From Gammaproteobacteria bacterium (lineage in GTDB: Bacteria; Pseudomonadota; Gammaproteobacteria; GCA-001735895): a stretch of DNA of 64,000 nt. Shown piece by piece: positions 61,515-64,000 of the stretch (its first letter is position 1; every line of letters begins with the position of its first letter). Both the position numbers and the translations under genes were made by a program. The notes beneath the pieces are model-generated. The model was not told the origin of the DNA. It made no database searches and was given only the letters and a program-made list of their open reading frames with translations. Where the stretch lies: positions 6,644 through 70,643 of the forward strand of contig JASJCI010000022.1 in the NCBI GenBank assembly GCA_030066085.1. Direction: 5' to 3'.

Positions 61515-62978
61515 TCAGGCGACGAAGTGCGGCATGTTACCGACCTCGACGACCTTCATCGCGTTGGTGCCGCCCCCGGTTCCCATCAGGTCGCCCTTGG
61601 TAATAATGACCAGGTCGCCGTCGGCAATCGTGCCGCGTTTGTGCATCAGGTCGACCGCCTCCTGGTTCGCCTCGGCATGGTTGGTGTGGATAGTCGGGAA
61701 ATAGATCGGGAACACGCCGCGATAGAGGTTGACCTTGCGCAGGGTGGAATCGTGCCGCGACAGCGCGTAGATCGGTATGCCCGAGCTGATGCGCGACATC
61801 CACAGCGCGGTCGAACCCGACTCGGTCAGGGTTGCGATCGCGCGCACGCCGAGATGATTGGCGGTGTACATGCTGGCCATCGCGATCGCTTCGTCGACCC
61901 GCTCGAACACGTCGTCGAGGCGATGGCGCGACTTGATCGCGCGCGCGTGCTGTTCCGCGTTATCGCAGATATCCGACATTGCCGCGACGGTTTTTGCCGG
62001 GTAGGCGCCGGTCGCGGTCTCCGCCGACAGCATCACCGCGTCGGTCCCGTCGAGCACCGCGTTGGCGACATCGAACACTTCGGCGCGGGTTGGAATCGGG
62101 TTGTCGCGCATCGATTCCATCATCTGGGTCGCGGTGATCACGACACAGTTGAGCGCGCGCGCCTTGCGAATGATGTCCTTTTGCGCCGCGGGCAGCTTGG
62201 CGTCACCGATCTCGACCCCGAGATCGCCGCGCGCGATCATGATCGCGTCCGACGCGCGGATGATTTCGTCGAGATTTTCGAGCGCTTCGGCGCGCTCGAT
62301 CTTGGCCACCAGCCCCGCCTGGCTACCCGCCTCGCGCAGCAGCCGCCGCGCGGTTTCGATATCCTCGGCGTTGCGTGGAAATGACACCGCGACGAAATCG
62401 GCATCGATCAAGGCCGAGGTCTTGATATCTTCGCGGTCCTTCGGCGTCAATACCTCGGCCGTCAGTCCGCCGCCCTTCAGGTTGATGCCCTTGTTATCGG
62501 ACAGCGTGCCGCCGACCTGCACGCGGCAGTGCACCTGGCTGCCCTCGACCGACTCGACCTCGAAGATCAGGCGTCCGTCGTCCAGCACCAGCAGGTTACC
62601 GGGGCCGACGTCGTCGGGCAGTTTCTGGTAAGTCACACCGACACCGTCACGATCGCCGTCGCCGTCGGCGCGCGCGGTATCGAGCACGAATGGATCGCCC
62701 ACCTCGAGCTCTACCGAGCCGTCGCGAAACTTGCACACGCGGATTTTCGGCCCCTGCAGGTCGGTCAGGATGGCGAGGTGACGATTGTTATCGTGACCGA
62801 TGCGACGGATTTTCTCCGCGCGCGCCTGGTGTTCCGCGGGCGTGCCGTGAGAAAAGTTGAGTCGCAGGACGTCGACGCCTGCCTTGATCAGCTCGTCGAT
62901 CGCGTCATCGGACTCGGTCGCCGGTCCGATGGTGGCCACGATCTTGGTCCTACGCGGTACGTTGCGTGTAATCGGCAT
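61515..62978 (-). CDS. pyk: Pyruvate kinase
   Basis: [59 protein letters not shown]. Confidence 0.98.
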   Translation of the reverse strand: MPITRNVPRRTKIVATIGPATESDDAIDELIKAGVDVLRLNFSHGTPAEHQARAEKIRRIGHDNNRHLAILTDLQGPKIRVCKFRDGSVELEVGDPFVLDTARADGDGDRDGVGVTYQKLPDDVGPGNLLVLDDGRLIFEVESVEGSQVHCRVQVGGTLSDNKGINLKGGGLTAEVLTPKDREDIKTSALIDADFVAVSFPRNAEDIETARRLLREAGSQAGLVAKIERAEALENLDEIIRASDAIMIARGDLGVEIGDAKLPAAQKDIIRKARALNCVVITATQMMESMRDNPIPTRAEVFDVANAVLDGTDAVMLSAETATGAYPAKTVAAMSDICDNAEQHARAIKSRHRLDDVFERVDEAIAMASMYTANHLGVRAIATLTESGSTALWMSRISSGIPIYALSRHDSTLRKVNLYRGVFPIYFPTIHTNHAEANQEAVDLMHKRGTIADGDLVIITKGDLMGTGGGTNAMKVVEVGNMPHFVA

Positions 62979-64000
62979 AACGTTGTTCCAGCATCGCGAC
63001 CGCGGGCAGCTGCTTGCCCTCGAGAAACTCGAGAAAAGCACCGCCGCCGGTCGAGATGTAGGAAATACGATCGGCGATGCCATACTTGTCGACCGCGGCC
63101 AGCGTATCGCCGCCGCCGGCGATCGAAAACGCGTCGGAGTCCGCAATCGCAGCGGCCAGCACCCGCGTGCCTTCACCGAACTGGTCGAACTCGAATACGC
63201 CGACAGGTCCGTTCCATACGATAGTGGCCGCCTGTTGCATGATTGTTGCAAAACGCGCGGCGGTTTGCGGACCGATATCGAAGATCATGTCGTCGTCGGC
63301 AACGTCCTCGACCGCCTTGATCTCGGCGGCCGCGGATTCGGCAAACTCCTTGCCGCAGACGACATCGGTCGGCACCGGTATTTCCCGCCCGGCCGCCGCG
63401 GCCGCGGCCATCAGGCGCTGTGCTTCGGGAACCAGGTCGGTTTCGACCAGCGACTTGCCGACGGGGTAGCCGGCCGCCGCGATAAAGGTATTGGCGATAC
63501 CACCGCCCGGAATCAACTGGTCGACGACGCCGGACAGCGCATCCAGCACCGTCAGCTTGGTCGACACCTTGGCGCCGCCGACGATCGCGACCACCGGGCT
63601 TTTCGGCTCGTGCAGGGCCTTGCCCAACGCGTCGAGCTCGGCCGCGAGCAGCGGGCCGGCGCAGGCAACCGGCGCAAGGCGGCCGACGCCATGGGTCGAC
63701 GCCTGGGCGCGATGCGCGGTGCCGAACGCATCCATGACGAAGATATCGCACAGCGCCGCGTAGGCCTGCGCCAGGGCTTGATCATCGGCTTTTTCACCCG
63801 GGTTGAAGCGCACGTTTTCGAGCAGCGCGACTTCACCATCGGCCAGCTCCGGGGCCCGCTGCAGGTAGTCGTCGACCAGCCGTAGCGGTCGATCCAGCGC
63901 CTGCGCGAGGTAATCCGCCACCGGCCGCAGCGAAAACTGCGCCTCGGGTTTACCCTCCTCCGGCCGGCCCAGGTGCGACATGATCATTAGCCTGGCGCCG
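62950..64000 (-). CDS. pgk: Phosphoglycerate kinase (5' end outside the window)
   Basis: [54 protein letters not shown]. Confidence 0.98.
   Translation of the reverse strand, partial: GARLMIMSHLGRPEEGKPEAQFSLRPVADYLAQALDRPLRLVDDYLQRAPELADGEVALLENVRFNPGEKADDQALAQAYAALCDIFVMDAFGTAHRAQASTHGVGRLAPVACAGPLLAAELDALGKALHEPKSPVVAIVGGAKVSTKLTVLDALSGVVDQLIPGGGIANTFIAAAGYPVGKSLVETDLVPEAQRLMAAAAAAGREIPVPTDVVCGKEFAESAAAEIKAVEDVADDDMIFDIGPQTAARFATIMQQAATIVWNGPVGVFEFDQFGEGTRVLAAAIADSDAFSIAGGGDTLAAVDKYGIADRISYISTGGGAFLEFLEGKQLPAVAMLEQRYADYTQRTA

Noticed and set aside
62950..62978. 29-nt pgk/pyk overlap as a frameshift or fusion
   Set aside because: Both proteins are complete in their own frames; this is a short C-terminal extension of Pgk

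Overview
GC-rich (roughly 63-66% by eye) gammaproteobacterial chromosomal segment, mostly core genes. These are lptD-surA-pdxA-[selO]-rsmA-folA, dgkA-lgt-thyA-apaG-apaH, ygfB-pepP-ubiH-ubiI-gcvH, TIGR02449-zapA-6S RNA, ilvA/rpiA, rplM-rpsI, coq7, osmC/crp, rpe-trpL-trpEGDC, purEK/purC, rapA, bioD, rarD and pgk-pyk. Accessory material falls in two places. The first ~11 kb holds a degenerate class III cyclase, a LOG protein, a BT1 transporter, a cobalt-type nitrile hydratase operon, an EamA transporter and a BacNav channel (BT1 through the channel lies between two copies of a palindromic repeat), then a divergent frmA-fghA pair. The 49-57 kb stretch holds a DUF4124-trypsin protease, a TetR-MMPL-LolA-like-beta-barrel operon and a two-gene cassette of unknown function. 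I see no CRISPR array, rRNA, tRNA, integrase or transposase. The most notable signals are an unannotated RWRW trp leader peptide, a TetR operator with a probably leaderless start driving a putative trans-envelope lipid-trafficking operon, a FrmA lacking the glutathione-adduct-binding Arg next to an amidase-less NHase, an apparent clean inversion of the apaG-apaH-folA block, an internally shortened RapA, and a nested palindromic repeat family. All family calls come from motif recognition; no database search was run.
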